This document shows, piece by piece, positions 49,021 to 58,588 of a stretch of 58,588 nt of DNA; within the stretch, counting starts at the first letter, position 1; each line of letters begins with the position of its first letter. The DNA comes from Akkermansia muciniphila (GTDB taxonomy: Bacteria > Verrucomicrobiota > Verrucomicrobiia > Methylacidiphilales > CAMAQI01), in assembly GCA_945883905.1 (NCBI GenBank), contig CAMCYL010000006.1, positions 1 to 58,588 on the forward strand, in the 5' to 3' direction. The notes beneath the pieces are model-generated. The model searched no databases and was not told the DNA's origin. It saw only the letters and a list, made by a program, of their open reading frames with translations. The position numbers were made by a program, and so were the translations under genes.

Positions 49021-50452
49021 GATGACCTCCCTTGTGATCCTCTTTCCCATGGAAGTGAGGATCCGCTTCAGGAACCACACTCTTTACCTCGGCAATCGCA
49101 ATCACCGGAAGGAATCGAATGAAGACCAAAAACAACCAAGTAAATAACCCACACGTTCCAACGAAAAGCGTGATGTCATTTAACGCGGGCTTGAACATTC
49201 CCCATGAAGAGGGAAGGAAGTCGCGATGAATCGAGGTCACGATAATCACGAAGCGCTCGTACCACATTCCGATGTTCGGTCCCCAAACAATAATCCAAAC
49301 CGCAACGACATTCTTCCGGAATTTATTGACCCAGAATAATTGAGGAATCAATACGTTACAAATCATCATTCCCCAATAAGACCACCAATAGGGTCCTAAG
49401 GCTCGATTCCAAAAGGCATATTTTTCGTAAGGATTACCGCTATACCACGCAATGAAAAGTTCCATGAGATAGGCATATCCGACGATCGATCCCGTTAACA
49501 AAATAATCTTACACATATTATCAATATGCTTTTCAGTAATCAAATCTTCCAAACCGAAAATCGCCCGGAACGGAAGCATCACGGTCAACACCATCGCAAA
49601 TCCTCCAAAGATCGCTCCTGCCACAAAATAAGGAGGGAAAATCGTCGTATGCCAACCCGGAATCACCGAGGTCGCAAAGTCAAAAGAAACGATGGAGTGA
49701 ACCGACAAAACCAACGGTGTACTTAATCCCGCAAGACAGAGATAAGCCATTTCATAATGCTTCCATTGACGATTCGAGGAGCGCCAACCGAAAGAGAGAA
49801 TATGATACAACTTCTTTTTCCAAACCTTTACTTCCCGATCACGTAAGGTTGCAAAATCAGGAATTAACCCTGTGTACCAGAAAAGGACGGAGACGGTAAA
49901 ATATGTTGAAACCGCAAAAACGTCCCAAAGCAACGGACTACGGAAGTTGGGCCAGATTGCATTCGCCTGGGGAACAGGAGCAAGAAACCACGCAAACCAA
50001 ACACGACCGACGTGAAAGGCCGGAAAGATTCCCGCACAGATCACGGCAAAAAGAGTCATCGCTTCCGCGGCACGATTAATCGAGGTCCGCCATTTTTGAC
50101 GAGTCAAAAAGAGAATCGCCGAAATCAAAGTTCCTGCGTGCCCAATACCGATCCAAAACACGAAGTTCGTAATATCCCACGCCCAACCCACAGGATGATT
50201 CAATCCCCACGTTCCAATTCCAGTTGAAACGAGATAAATCAAACTCAAGGGAACGAGAAGGGTAATCGCTCCGCTAATAAAGAATGCAATCCACCACCAA
50301 CGCGGGGTATCTCCCTCGATGATTGAACAAATTTTTTCGGTGATCCAATGAAAGCCTCGACCACTCCCGACGAGCGGGGGCCGTTCGACCTGCTTCGCCG
50401 CAGCGATGTAGTCCGGGCTATTCGCGTTCACTGATGTCGTGCCATGAGCCAT
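49013..50452 (-). CDS. actC: Alternative complex III quinol-binding NrfD-family subunit C
   Basis: [49 protein letters not shown]. Confidence 0.95.
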   Translation of the reverse strand: MAHGTTSVNANSPDYIAAAKQVERPPLVGSGRGFHWITEKICSIIEGDTPRWWWIAFFISGAITLLVPLSLIYLVSTGIGTWGLNHPVGWAWDITNFVFWIGIGHAGTLISAILFLTRQKWRTSINRAAEAMTLFAVICAGIFPAFHVGRVWFAWFLAPVPQANAIWPNFRSPLLWDVFAVSTYFTVSVLFWYTGLIPDFATLRDREVKVWKKKLYHILSFGWRSSNRQWKHYEMAYLCLAGLSTPLVLSVHSIVSFDFATSVIPGWHTTIFPPYFVAGAIFGGFAMVLTVMLPFRAIFGLEDLITEKHIDNMCKIILLTGSIVGYAYLMELFIAWYSGNPYEKYAFWNRALGPYWWSYWGMMICNVLIPQLFWVNKFRKNVVAVWIIVWGPNIGMWYERFVIIVTSIHRDFLPSSWGMFKPALNDITLFVGTCGLFTWLFLVFIRFLPVIAIAEVKSVVPEADPHFHGKEDHKGGHHV

Positions 50453-50470
50453 AATTGTTACCCTTGTGCT

Positions 50471-53400
50471 TTAGTGATGGGCAGGCTCAGTTGAATGAGC
50501 CCCCTGTTTTTCGCCGTGACCCTGTTCATGTCCATGCTCTCCATGGCCACCAAGGTGACTTTGTTTATCCCAATCACTCTTAAGTCCGACTTTTTCAAAA
50601 TCATCGGGGAGCAACGGGTTCGGATTACGAACTCGCGCCAAATAGGTCACACGAGGTCTTGTTCCAAGATAAGAAAGAACACCATAGTTTTGATCCAAGG
50701 CACGAAGCTTGGTCACTTCGCTCTCCGGATTGGCGATGTCACCGAAGACAATCGCCTCTGCAGGACAGGCCTGTTGACAAGCAGACTTAAAGGAATCGGT
50801 CGCAATTTTTTGTTTCTCGGTGTTTTTGGAAAGACGAAGCGCATTAATCTTCGCCTCTTCAACCCGCTGAACGCAAAAAGTACATTTTTCCATGACCCCA
50901 CGCATCCGAACCGTGACATTCGGATTCTTTTGCATCTCCGTCATCTTATCGTCGTTTTGCTCGCCAAAAGGTCCGAAATATAAATTACCAACCTCAAAAC
51001 CTAAAAGCTTATGGGACTTGTTTACTTTCCGCTTATTGTAATCAAAGAAGTTAAAACGACGTACTTTATAAGGACAGTTATTCGCGCAATATCGAGTTCC
51101 GATACAACGATTATAAGCCATCACATTGAGTCCATCCTCACTATGAATCGTCGCATTGACCGGACAAACGGTCTCACAGGGAGCATTTTCACAATGCTGA
51201 CAAAGCATCGGCTGAAGGGCCATTTGCGGATCGGTCGGTGACTCCGAATAATAACGATCGATTCGCATCCAATGCATCGATCGACCGCGACCGACTTGGT
51301 TCTTTCCGACAATCGGAATATTGTTCTCACTTTGACAAGCAATGACGCAGGCATTACATCCAACACAAGTCGTTAAATCGATCACCATTCCCCATTGATG
51401 AGGATCGGTCATTGCAGGACGATGACCCGTTCCCATTTGAGTCTCATAAAGTGACCGCATATCCTCGGGTTGGTGACCATCGATTCCCATGACCTTTACG
51501 ATCCCGGCGTTCTTATTAAATTCTTCAAGCGTCAACTCACGAACAATCGCACGCCCTTCCATGCTGAAATGATGTTGAGTTTGAGCCAGTTTAAAGTCTT
51601 TATTAGCACGAGTTAATTTGACGTTTTGCGCGACAAATAAATTTTGAGAGGTTCGAATTGAAAAAGCATTCGCCCCCACTTTATTTCCGACATAACCGTT
51701 AAACGAACGACCGTATCCAAGAGCAATCGCAATCGAATCATCGCTCTGTCCAGGCATTACATAAACCGGAATTTCAATCGATCGTCCCTCAACCTCAATA
51801 ATCACCACATCCGCATCATCCCCATCAAGCTCCAAAGTCGGATTCTCTTCACGTCGCTTTACTTCTACAGGATCTAAAGCAATCGTAATCGGCTTGATCT
51901 CAGCGATTCTTAATCCCAATTTACGAGCGGTGGTGTAGCTCACGTAAGCGGCGTTATCCCATGTTAATTTCGACTGAACATCGGGCAACTCTTGAAGCCA
52001 TCCGTTATTCGCATAACGACCATCATCAATTTTGGGACAGGCAAAAAAGGTGACTTCGAGTCCCTCTCGATAGCTTGGGAAGTTTTGCTTAATCGATTCG
52101 ATCACCGCTCCAGAGCGATAACTAGGCGAAACAAGCGCAAAGGCAGAACCGGACCAGAATCCGTCATGAAGTAACTTATTCCAGTTATTCGCCTTGGTCA
52201 CTTCGACAAAAGTTTTTTGAACCACTGTCATTTCAGGCGGAATCGGAAGATTGCTCGCTTGACCTGGTACCGTTGGCGCCGCGATCTTCGCAGGAGCGAC
52301 CACTGGCATCGGCATCAGACACTCCTTTTCCCCTAAAAGTGCGGCAAAGAGTTGAAGTTCGGAAATCGCACCAAACAACGGAAGGATCATCGGCTGAAGC
52401 GCAAGATAAGTTCCATCCACCGCACGGGCATCTCCCCATGTTTCTAAGAAATGAGAGAGCGGAATCGTCCAGTCGGCCTTAACCGCCGTGGTCTCATCTT
52501 CATGAGTTCCGATACGAACCACTTGCTCAACCGATTTCTGAAGTTCGGACCAATTTAAATCAACGGGAGTATTGTAAACTGGATTTCCGCCGATAATGAA
52601 AAGTGTTTTAACGGAGCCTGCCTTCATGGCGGACACGAGTTCCGAAAGCGGAGCGGCCGGAATTTGTACCGGAGCGGTCACGCGAATAACTTCATTCCGA
52701 TAAGCCCCAAGAGCTTGGTTAATCGCAATCGCAAGAAGATGAACCGCAACCGGTTGTTGACTTCCGACAACGACCATGCCTTTGCCGTACTTCACCAAAT
52801 CAATCGCTGTCTCACGAGCCCAACGTTGTTGAGCCTCAGTGAAAGGAACAGATCCAGAAACAGAATTCGCGATCGTCGTTAATTCAGCTCCCGCTCCGTT
52901 GGCAGCCATCTCTTTTGCAACCAAAGCAAGAAAGGCCGGTTGTTGAGAGGCTTTCATCCGCAAACGGTGATCAGCCATCCCACCGGTGCTGGTGATGCGG
53001 CTTTCCGCAACATAAAGTCGATTCATCGTATCGCCCGACTTACGAACACGACGTCGGGAAGCAAACCCCTTAATCGCTCCAATTCCCCCTTCATCGGTCG
53101 CACAAAAATCGCAATCCAACGAGAGAATTACATCGGCTTTGTCAAATTGTGGAAGAAGTTGAAGACGTTGCCCAAAAGCAATCTCCGTTGCCTTGAGCTC
53201 CGATTCAGTCGAAATCGCCTCGTAAGCCGAGATTAATGCCTTCGGAAATTTTGATTTAAATTCAGCGCGCAGACGTTGAAGCGTTGGGGAGGTACTAGAT
53301 TCCGTGAGGAAAGCAAGTCCCTCTCCTTGCGTCGCAGAGTAAGTTTTTGATACCTCATCAATATAACTCGCAAAAGCGGCGAGATCTACTTTCTTACTGC

Positions 53401-53869
53401 CTTTTTTAAAGGAACGAGTACGATCGGGATCGTAAAGATCAAGGATTGCGGCCTGAACGTGAGAATCAGAAAGTCCACTATTCAATAACGGATTGCCATC
53501 TAATTTTGTCGGACGCCCTTCATAAGTCGTGGCATGTAAGGAAATAGCCCCACGACGACGAGGCATTGCTGTCGAATAAAGGGTCGTTTTACCAGGAACC
53601 ATCCATTCGGGAGAATTAGTAAAAGGAACGATATACCCCTCAGGACGGCGACACCCGGTCATCCCCAGCCCTGCGAGAGCTAGTGATCCTCCCATTAAAC
53701 GAAGGAAGCTACGACGACTTACCGCATCGAGCTCGAGCTCATCGGCTCCTGCAGGAAATTCCCGTTGAAGCCATTTGCTAAACTCCGGTGTTCCGGAGAG
53801 CTCCTCTAAGCTGCGCCAGTATTGTTTACCGTTTTCTCTGTTTTCTGGATGTTGCCACTTGCGTTTCAT
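50471..53869 (-). CDS. actB: Alternative complex III subunit B (TAT-variant molybdopterin-oxidoreductase-like plus 4Fe-4S domains)
   Basis: YWRSLEE, SRRSFL twin-Arg, lipobox-like TGCRRP, CVGCNACVIAC, CQHCENAPC, CIGTRYC, EKCTFC. Confidence 0.95.
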   Translation of the reverse strand: MKRKWQHPENRENGKQYWRSLEELSGTPEFSKWLQREFPAGADELELDAVSRRSFLRLMGGSLALAGLGMTGCRRPEGYIVPFTNSPEWMVPGKTTLYSTAMPRRRGAISLHATTYEGRPTKLDGNPLLNSGLSDSHVQAAILDLYDPDRTRSFKKGSKKVDLAAFASYIDEVSKTYSATQGEGLAFLTESSTSPTLQRLRAEFKSKFPKALISAYEAISTESELKATEIAFGQRLQLLPQFDKADVILSLDCDFCATDEGGIGAIKGFASRRRVRKSGDTMNRLYVAESRITSTGGMADHRLRMKASQQPAFLALVAKEMAANGAGAELTTIANSVSGSVPFTEAQQRWARETAIDLVKYGKGMVVVGSQQPVAVHLLAIAINQALGAYRNEVIRVTAPVQIPAAPLSELVSAMKAGSVKTLFIIGGNPVYNTPVDLNWSELQKSVEQVVRIGTHEDETTAVKADWTIPLSHFLETWGDARAVDGTYLALQPMILPLFGAISELQLFAALLGEKECLMPMPVVAPAKIAAPTVPGQASNLPIPPEMTVVQKTFVEVTKANNWNKLLHDGFWSGSAFALVSPSYRSGAVIESIKQNFPSYREGLEVTFFACPKIDDGRYANNGWLQELPDVQSKLTWDNAAYVSYTTARKLGLRIAEIKPITIALDPVEVKRREENPTLELDGDDADVVIIEVEGRSIEIPVYVMPGQSDDSIAIALGYGRSFNGYVGNKVGANAFSIRTSQNLFVAQNVKLTRANKDFKLAQTQHHFSMEGRAIVRELTLEEFNKNAGIVKVMGIDGHQPEDMRSLYETQMGTGHRPAMTDPHQWGMVIDLTTCVGCNACVIACQSENNIPIVGKNQVGRGRSMHWMRIDRYYSESPTDPQMALQPMLCQHCENAPCETVCPVNATIHSEDGLNVMAYNRCIGTRYCANNCPYKVRRFNFFDYNKRKVNKSHKLLGFEVGNLYFGPFGEQNDDKMTEMQKNPNVTVRMRGVMEKCTFCVQRVEEAKINALRLSKNTEKQKIATDSFKSACQQACPAEAIVFGDIANPESEVTKLRALDQNYGVLSYLGTRPRVTYLARVRNPNPLLPDDFEKVGLKSDWDKQSHLGGHGEHGHEQGHGEKQGAHSTEPAHH

Positions 53870-53893
53870 GATCAGGAACCTCTTTAAAATGGT

Positions 53894-54553
53894 TTAGCGG
53901 TGACAGGCTTGACAGTTCTGTGAAGGGTTTACACCCCATTTTTTAACAAGTTCACGGCCTTGTTCAACTTGTGCCTTGGTACTGCCATCGCCGGCTTTCC
54001 AATCTAAATTAAAGACCTCTTCTTGAGGACGAATATGAAACTCCGGATTCCGGTGACACTCTAAACACCAGCCCATACTATGCGATTTATCATGCCAAAC
54101 CACCTCCATCTCATTAATCTTCCCATGACAGCTTGCACAACTAATCCCACGATTTAAGTGAGCAGAGTGATTAAAATAAACGTAATCAGGGGCTTGATGG
54201 ATTTTAATCCATTTCATCGGCTTGCCGGTCTCCCAGCTTTCGCGGAGAGGAGCGAGCTTCGGACTATTCGACTTCACCTGACGGTGACAATTCATACAGG
54301 TTTGGGTCGTCGGAACATTCGAATGGGAGCTGACCGTTCCAAAACTATGACAATAACGACAATCTAAGCCGAGTTGACCTGCATGGAGGGAGTGATCAAA
54401 GGCCACTGGCTGAGTCGGCTTATAGCCAATCCGAGTGTACTTCGGCGTGAAATAATAGGTAATCCCTAGAACAATCAAAATGACGGTAATCACCTTACAA
54501 AGGATGATTTTAATAGGGACGATATTCGTTTCTTTAGGAAATAGATTAGCCAT
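53894..54553 (-). CDS. actA: Alternative complex III pentaheme cytochrome c subunit A
   Basis: Five CxxCH motifs (CRYCH, CMNCH, CASCH, CLECH, CQACH) after a TM anchor. Confidence 0.93.
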   Translation of the reverse strand: MANLFPKETNIVPIKIILCKVITVILIVLGITYYFTPKYTRIGYKPTQPVAFDHSLHAGQLGLDCRYCHSFGTVSSHSNVPTTQTCMNCHRQVKSNSPKLAPLRESWETGKPMKWIKIHQAPDYVYFNHSAHLNRGISCASCHGKINEMEVVWHDKSHSMGWCLECHRNPEFHIRPQEEVFNLDWKAGDGSTKAQVEQGRELVKKWGVNPSQNCQACHR

Positions 54554-54737
54554 GGATCAAATCCTTGATGAAAGCTTTTCCGATGAAGGAAGACATAATG
54601 TTATATTGCGTAGAACTCATGAGCGCCCATTTGTTTAAGCAACGCAATTGATTATGGCAACCTTTTTTCCACAAAAACCCGCTAAAATTTAGCAAAATAA
54701 CGCTTGCCATATATATTGTCAAATCAGAGCAATAATC

Positions 54738-56144
54738 TTAAATCCCTGCCAACTCTTCGGCGGGATAGGTAATCATCTCCGATAAAGTGGGATGGTAATG
54801 AGGGATTCGAGCGATATCCAGAGCAGTTCCTTTAAAATACATGACGGCGATAATTTCATGAATTAACTCCGAAGCATGAGGTCCAACAATACTCCCCCCA
54901 AGGATTTTCCCGCTCTGAGGATCGCAAAGAAGCTTCATAAATCCGAATCTCTCCCCTTGGATCATCGATTTACCGTGATCTGAAAAAGGATATTGAGCCA
55001 TTTTATACGGTATTCTTGCTCTTTGAAGCTCTGCTTCATTCAATCCAACTTGCGCCACTTCTGGATGGGTGAAAATAACAGTGGTTTTGAGACGATCCTC
55101 AAAATGAGCCGAAAGGGGACTTCCTTTTAAAAGCGAGACCGCATTCTGAGCCGCAATCTCCCCTTGTTGAATGGCAATATGCACCACCTCGTAAAGACTG
55201 GTCACATCCCCCGCTGCAAAAATATGTTTCTGCGAGGTTTGCATCCGAGAGTTTACGAGGAGCTTCCCTTGATTCACTTTCACTTTTGCCGCCTCAAGAT
55301 GAAGCCCCGCAATTTGAGAAATTCGTCCCAATCCATAAAAAATCTCCTCGGAGTCTATTCGCTTGATCTTCCCTTTATATTTAAAATAGGTTCTTTTTTT
55401 TCCTTGAGTTCCTCGGAGTCTCTCAAATCGAATAAGTTCCGTTTCTGTGTAAATTTGAACTCCCTGACTTTCAAGTGCCTGACGAAGAGCCCCCGAAAGA
55501 TCGGAATCAAAATCTCGAATCAGATGAGAACTTCTCTGAATGACCGTGACCTTCGTTCCAAGGTTGGCAAAGAACTGAGCAAATTCTAATGCGATCGCCC
55601 CTCCTCCGAGAACTGTAATCGATTTTGGAAGCCTCTTGATATCGAGGGCCGAATCACTTGTTAGATAGCCCGTCGACTCTAACCCCTCTAAAGGAAGGAT
55701 TTGAATTTGAGAGCCGGTCGCCAAAAGAACTGTTTTCGAAGAGATGACTTCGGTTTTCTTTCCTGATTCAAGTTGAAGCTCGTTCGGCGATAGAAAACGC
55801 GCCTGAGCACGATAAAGCTTAAATTGACCGCTCAGAAGTTGTTTTTGACGATAGGAGGCAAAATCATCGATGAGCCCCTTCTTGCGTCTCATAATTGCAG
55901 AGAGATCCGGTCGAATCGCCTTCGCCTGAAGTCCAAACTGCTTGGCATGACGAATCTCATACCAACGTCGACTCGACTCCAGCAAGGCTTTCGTCGGCAT
56001 ACAGCCGCGAAGAATACAAAGACCTCCCAGTTCCTGGGCCCCATCAATGACCGCCACCTTAATCCCGAGAGCGATCGCCGTTCGTGCCGCCGCATAGCCA
56101 GCACTTCCCCCACCAATAATCGTCAAATCGTAAGATGGTTTCAC
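54738..56144 (-). CDS. Class-I pyridine nucleotide-disulfide oxidoreductase (dihydrolipoyl dehydrogenase family)
   Basis: GGGSAG, GGLCILRGCMP redox disulfide, GGGAIALE, AAGD, HPTLSE. Confidence 0.88.
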   Translation of the reverse strand: MKPSYDLTIIGGGSAGYAAARTAIALGIKVAVIDGAQELGGLCILRGCMPTKALLESSRRWYEIRHAKQFGLQAKAIRPDLSAIMRRKKGLIDDFASYRQKQLLSGQFKLYRAQARFLSPNELQLESGKKTEVISSKTVLLATGSQIQILPLEGLESTGYLTSDSALDIKRLPKSITVLGGGAIALEFAQFFANLGTKVTVIQRSSHLIRDFDSDLSGALRQALESQGVQIYTETELIRFERLRGTQGKKRTYFKYKGKIKRIDSEEIFYGLGRISQIAGLHLEAAKVKVNQGKLLVNSRMQTSQKHIFAAGDVTSLYEVVHIAIQQGEIAAQNAVSLLKGSPLSAHFEDRLKTTVIFTHPEVAQVGLNEAELQRARIPYKMAQYPFSDHGKSMIQGERFGFMKLLCDPQSGKILGGSIVGPHASELIHEIIAVMYFKGTALDIARIPHYHPTLSEMITYPAEELAGI

Positions 56145-56182
56145 GATTGAATTAAACCATTGAAGTTTAACAAAGCAAAGAG

Positions 56183-56331
56183 AAATGGAGCGCCGACGGC
56201 ACTACTGTCCAAAACAAACCCGAGAATTTACTACGGAGAGGATCGTGAGCTCTTTCCGAGGAGAGGTGAAACCGATCCCCTAAAGAGAAACTCGATCGTT
56301 TTTTGAAAATCCTTTTTTCAAAGAAACGGGA
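56183..56331. repeat. Partial copy C of the dispersed repeat plus REP-like GGAG-footed motif
   Basis: 56220-56331 is the reverse complement of about 15496-15608; 56183-56200 AAATGGAGCGCCGACGGC matches 23133-23150 at 17/18. Confidence 0.85.
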
Positions 56332-56345
56332 AGGAACCACTTTTC

Positions 56346-57053
56346 TCAATTTTTACGAGAGCTCGATGTACTTAGCTTTGAAATATTAACAATCAAAATC
56401 CCCCAAATCATCCCTGCCGTTAAGCAAACCGGATATTGAAGCGCCTCTGGCATTGAATAAATGACGACATCTGTTAAAGACCAAAACACAACAATCCCAA
56501 TCCACATCGGTAAATGTTTCTCGATAAAAAACAACTTCAATGAACCAAAGGAATTTAAAAGTCCGGTCAATTTAAAACCACAATCTCGCCATTGAAAGGC
56601 CACGACTTGAATAGGCACGGTCACAAAAAAAGAAAAAACAAAAAACTCAAATGTTATTTTTTTAATTAAAACAGCAATCGAACTGCTCTCCGTAAAAATA
56701 TAATTTTGAAACTGATAAAAATAACTCGTCATGGTGTAAATAAATCCCATTAAAAAAAACTTGAAAATCATATCCAAAACATGATTTCGATTCCACTTCC
56801 CTTGATCCACACAGTAAACCCGAAAAAACTCGGAAAGAACTCCAATCATCAGTCCTGAAATTAAAAAAATCTCCCACCAAACCGATTCTTTTTTCCAACT
56901 TGCAATTTGCTCAAAAACAGGGCGACTCTCCTCTACTAAAAAATAGAGCCCTGCAATGATGACCATAATCACCTGCAAAACGATCGCCGCAGAAAAATTA
57001 GTCCGAAGCGCTTGATAACTAATCTTTAAACTACGCTGAAGCTCAATAAACAT
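56346..57053 (-). CDS. Hypothetical membrane protein (possibly Mpv17/PMP22-like)
   Basis: Several TM helices; VIYSMPEALQYP and KK..FEFFVF patterns. Confidence 0.55.
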   Translation of the reverse strand: MFIELQRSLKISYQALRTNFSAAIVLQVIMVIIAGLYFLVEESRPVFEQIASWKKESVWWEIFLISGLMIGVLSEFFRVYCVDQGKWNRNHVLDMIFKFFLMGFIYTMTSYFYQFQNYIFTESSSIAVLIKKITFEFFVFSFFVTVPIQVVAFQWRDCGFKLTGLLNSFGSLKLFFIEKHLPMWIGIVVFWSLTDVVIYSMPEALQYPVCLTAGMIWGILIVNISKLSTSSSRKN

Positions 57054-57128
57054 CGGACTATATTGAGGTTCAATTGGAGTAAAGTCGATTGAATAACCGT
57101 TAAGCGATTCAGATTTCAGTGAAACGGG

Positions 57129-57917
57129 TTAATTCAATTTGACGGGACGATTTAAGATCGAAGACTGATACGCCGCAAAAATCAATTGGACTGAGTTACG
57201 CGCCTCTTTTCCAGAAATCATCGGTCTCTTTTTTTCTCGGATCGAACATACAAAATCTTCGATGAGAAGACGATGCCCCTCCATTCCAATGGCCTTAGGG
57301 TCTCTTGAACCTCCACCAATCACTCCTCCTGTTTCCGAACGAATAAGAGCATCCTCAGGCTCCTCCTCTTCAAACTTCCAAGAGATAATCTGATCATTTT
57401 CTAGAATCGCCGATCCTTTACTCCCGGCGATCTCGATTCTCAAGTTTGACCCTGGCTTACAAGCGGTTGAAGCCTCAATAACCCCCATCCCCCCATGAGC
57501 ATATCGTAAAGCGACCGCAATCGTATCCTCGACTTCAATTCGGTCGTGCGATAAGCATCCGGAATAAGCAAACAGCTCACTCGGCATCCCCACAATCCAT
57601 TGTAAAAGATCCACGGCATGAATCCCTTGATTCATGAGGGCTCCTCCCCCATCTAACTTTCGCGTTCCACGCCAAGCCGCAGAGTCGTAGTACGACTGAT
57701 CTCTCCACCATTTTAAATAGGCACTGCAAAGGGACAGCCTTCCAAATCGTTTGTCATCAACCGCTTTTTTCAATCTCCGAGCCCCATTTCCTACTCGCAT
57801 TTGAAAAATACCAGCTAAGAGGGCATTGTTTTTTTTCTCAGCATCGATCATTTTATCGATCTTTTCTAAATTAATATCGAGAGGCTTTTCACAAAGGACC
57901 GCCTTGCCTTGATTTAA
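57129..57917 (-). pseudogene. N-terminally truncated Gfo/Idh/MocA oxidoreductase
   Basis: Frame extends upstream of ATG 57851 through LNQGKAVLCEKPL to 57917, then unrelated sequence and a TGA at 57941-57939; GGGALMNQGIHAVD present, Rossmann N-terminus absent. Confidence 0.8.
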
Positions 57918-58140
57918 CCCAGATTCGTCATTAGAAATTCATTTCTAATGCAATGCAATAGAAAGTGAATAATACAAGCACCTGATTTCCAATGACTTCT
58001 AAATAATTAAAAGCAAAGCGAAGTCAGCTCATTCTTTCACCAAAAGGGTGAAATAAAATCGATCCAAATCTCCCTCAAGAAAGCATGGAGGCATGAAATG
58101 AAAAACAGAATGAATTCTGATGAAAATCGGAATCTGAATC
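57918..58140. mobile_element. Possible IS end/remnant interrupting the Gfo/Idh/MocA gene
   Basis: Begins CCCAGATTCGTCAT directly after AT-rich TTTAA at the point where oxidoreductase homology stops; no transposase ORF seen. Confidence 0.4.
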
Positions 58141-58187
58141 ACTAGAAAATTCGATCTCTTAAGACCAGTAGTGCCACTAAAAATAGA

Positions 58188-58512
58188 AAAACCTTAAATA
58201 CATTGTCTCGCGCAACGACGCCACGACGCAACGTTAAATCCCTACCCCCCCCCTCGTTCTGATCACGGCTCCTCCGAGCCTCCTCCCTATTTTTAAAAAG
58301 TTCTCGAAAACGAGCTTTCGATCTCTTTTAAAAAACAGGGACCTATCGCTTACGCTCTTGAGCTCAGAACTTCCCCCCTCACTTCATACAAAAAACAATC
58401 CGAGAATTTACCACTGAGAGGCCGAAAGGAATGAGCTCACGATCCTCTCCCTCTCTGACGTTGCGGCGTAGCGGCGTTGCGTGAGAACTGTTTTAGAATT
58501 TCAATCCTCCTC
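58188..58512. repeat. Dispersed non-coding repeat, copy B (inverted relative to copy A, internal ~110-bp module absent)
   Basis: Reverse complement aligns with 15390-15479 joined to 15586-15818; outer IRs at 58206-58234 and 58458-58486. Confidence 0.9.
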
Positions 58513-58588
58513 CTCAAATTCACCTACCAAATCCAGAGTTGTTTTCGACGGCAGTGCCTTAAAACAGGTTTTAAAGAGTGATTTTTAG

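Noticed and set aside
54554-54737. Sigma-54 or FNR sites upstream of actA (TGGCAAG...TTGC on the minus strand; ATCAA-N4-TTGAT)
   Set aside because: GG-to-GC spacing is 13 rather than 10 nt, and the FNR half-sites are in the wrong order
54738-56144. Mercuric reductase (merA) call
   Set aside because: No C-terminal Cys pair or N-terminal HMA domain; has the HPTxxE motif of dihydrolipoyl dehydrogenase-like enzymes
58109-58130. Candidate right inverted repeat matching 57918-57943
   Set aside because: Needs several gaps in AT-rich sequence and no target duplication is visible, so it is not used to define an element

Overview
Bacterial chromosomal window, probably Verrucomicrobiota/PVC (inferred from gene content and operon layout, not from a marker gene). 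Housekeeping genes (ppc, coaD, murA, rsfS, rnhB, purD, yqeY, ccsA-hemA) are interleaved with several accessory modules. (1) An eight-gene arsenosugar-type cluster at 27158-35867 (ArsM-like methyltransferase, radical SAM ArsS, DPM1-like GT2, FAD oxidoreductase, membrane ferredoxin, MTA/purine phosphorylase, TIGR04282-like protein, GT-C membrane glycosyltransferase). Together these could form a complete arsenite to lipid-linked arsenoribose to cell-surface pathway. A pump-less arsR-arsC-DUF6428 operon lies about 4 kb away. (2) An alternative complex III operon (actABCDEF plus a small membrane protein) followed by a CcoN-like protein lacking five of six heme/Cu histidines and a CcoO-like cytochrome with His in place of the axial Met. 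(3) A DUF262/DUF1524 (GmrSD-like) defence nuclease coupled by ATGA overlaps between murA and coaD. (4) Two tandem Flp pilins, each with its own terminator. (5) A modular non-coding repeat family (15390-15818, 56183-56331, 58188-58512 and fragments) with nested inverted repeats. (6) A Gfo/Idh/MocA gene truncated at an IS-end-like sequence. No rRNA, tRNA or CRISPR array was seen. All family calls come from motif recognition by eye; no database searches were run.
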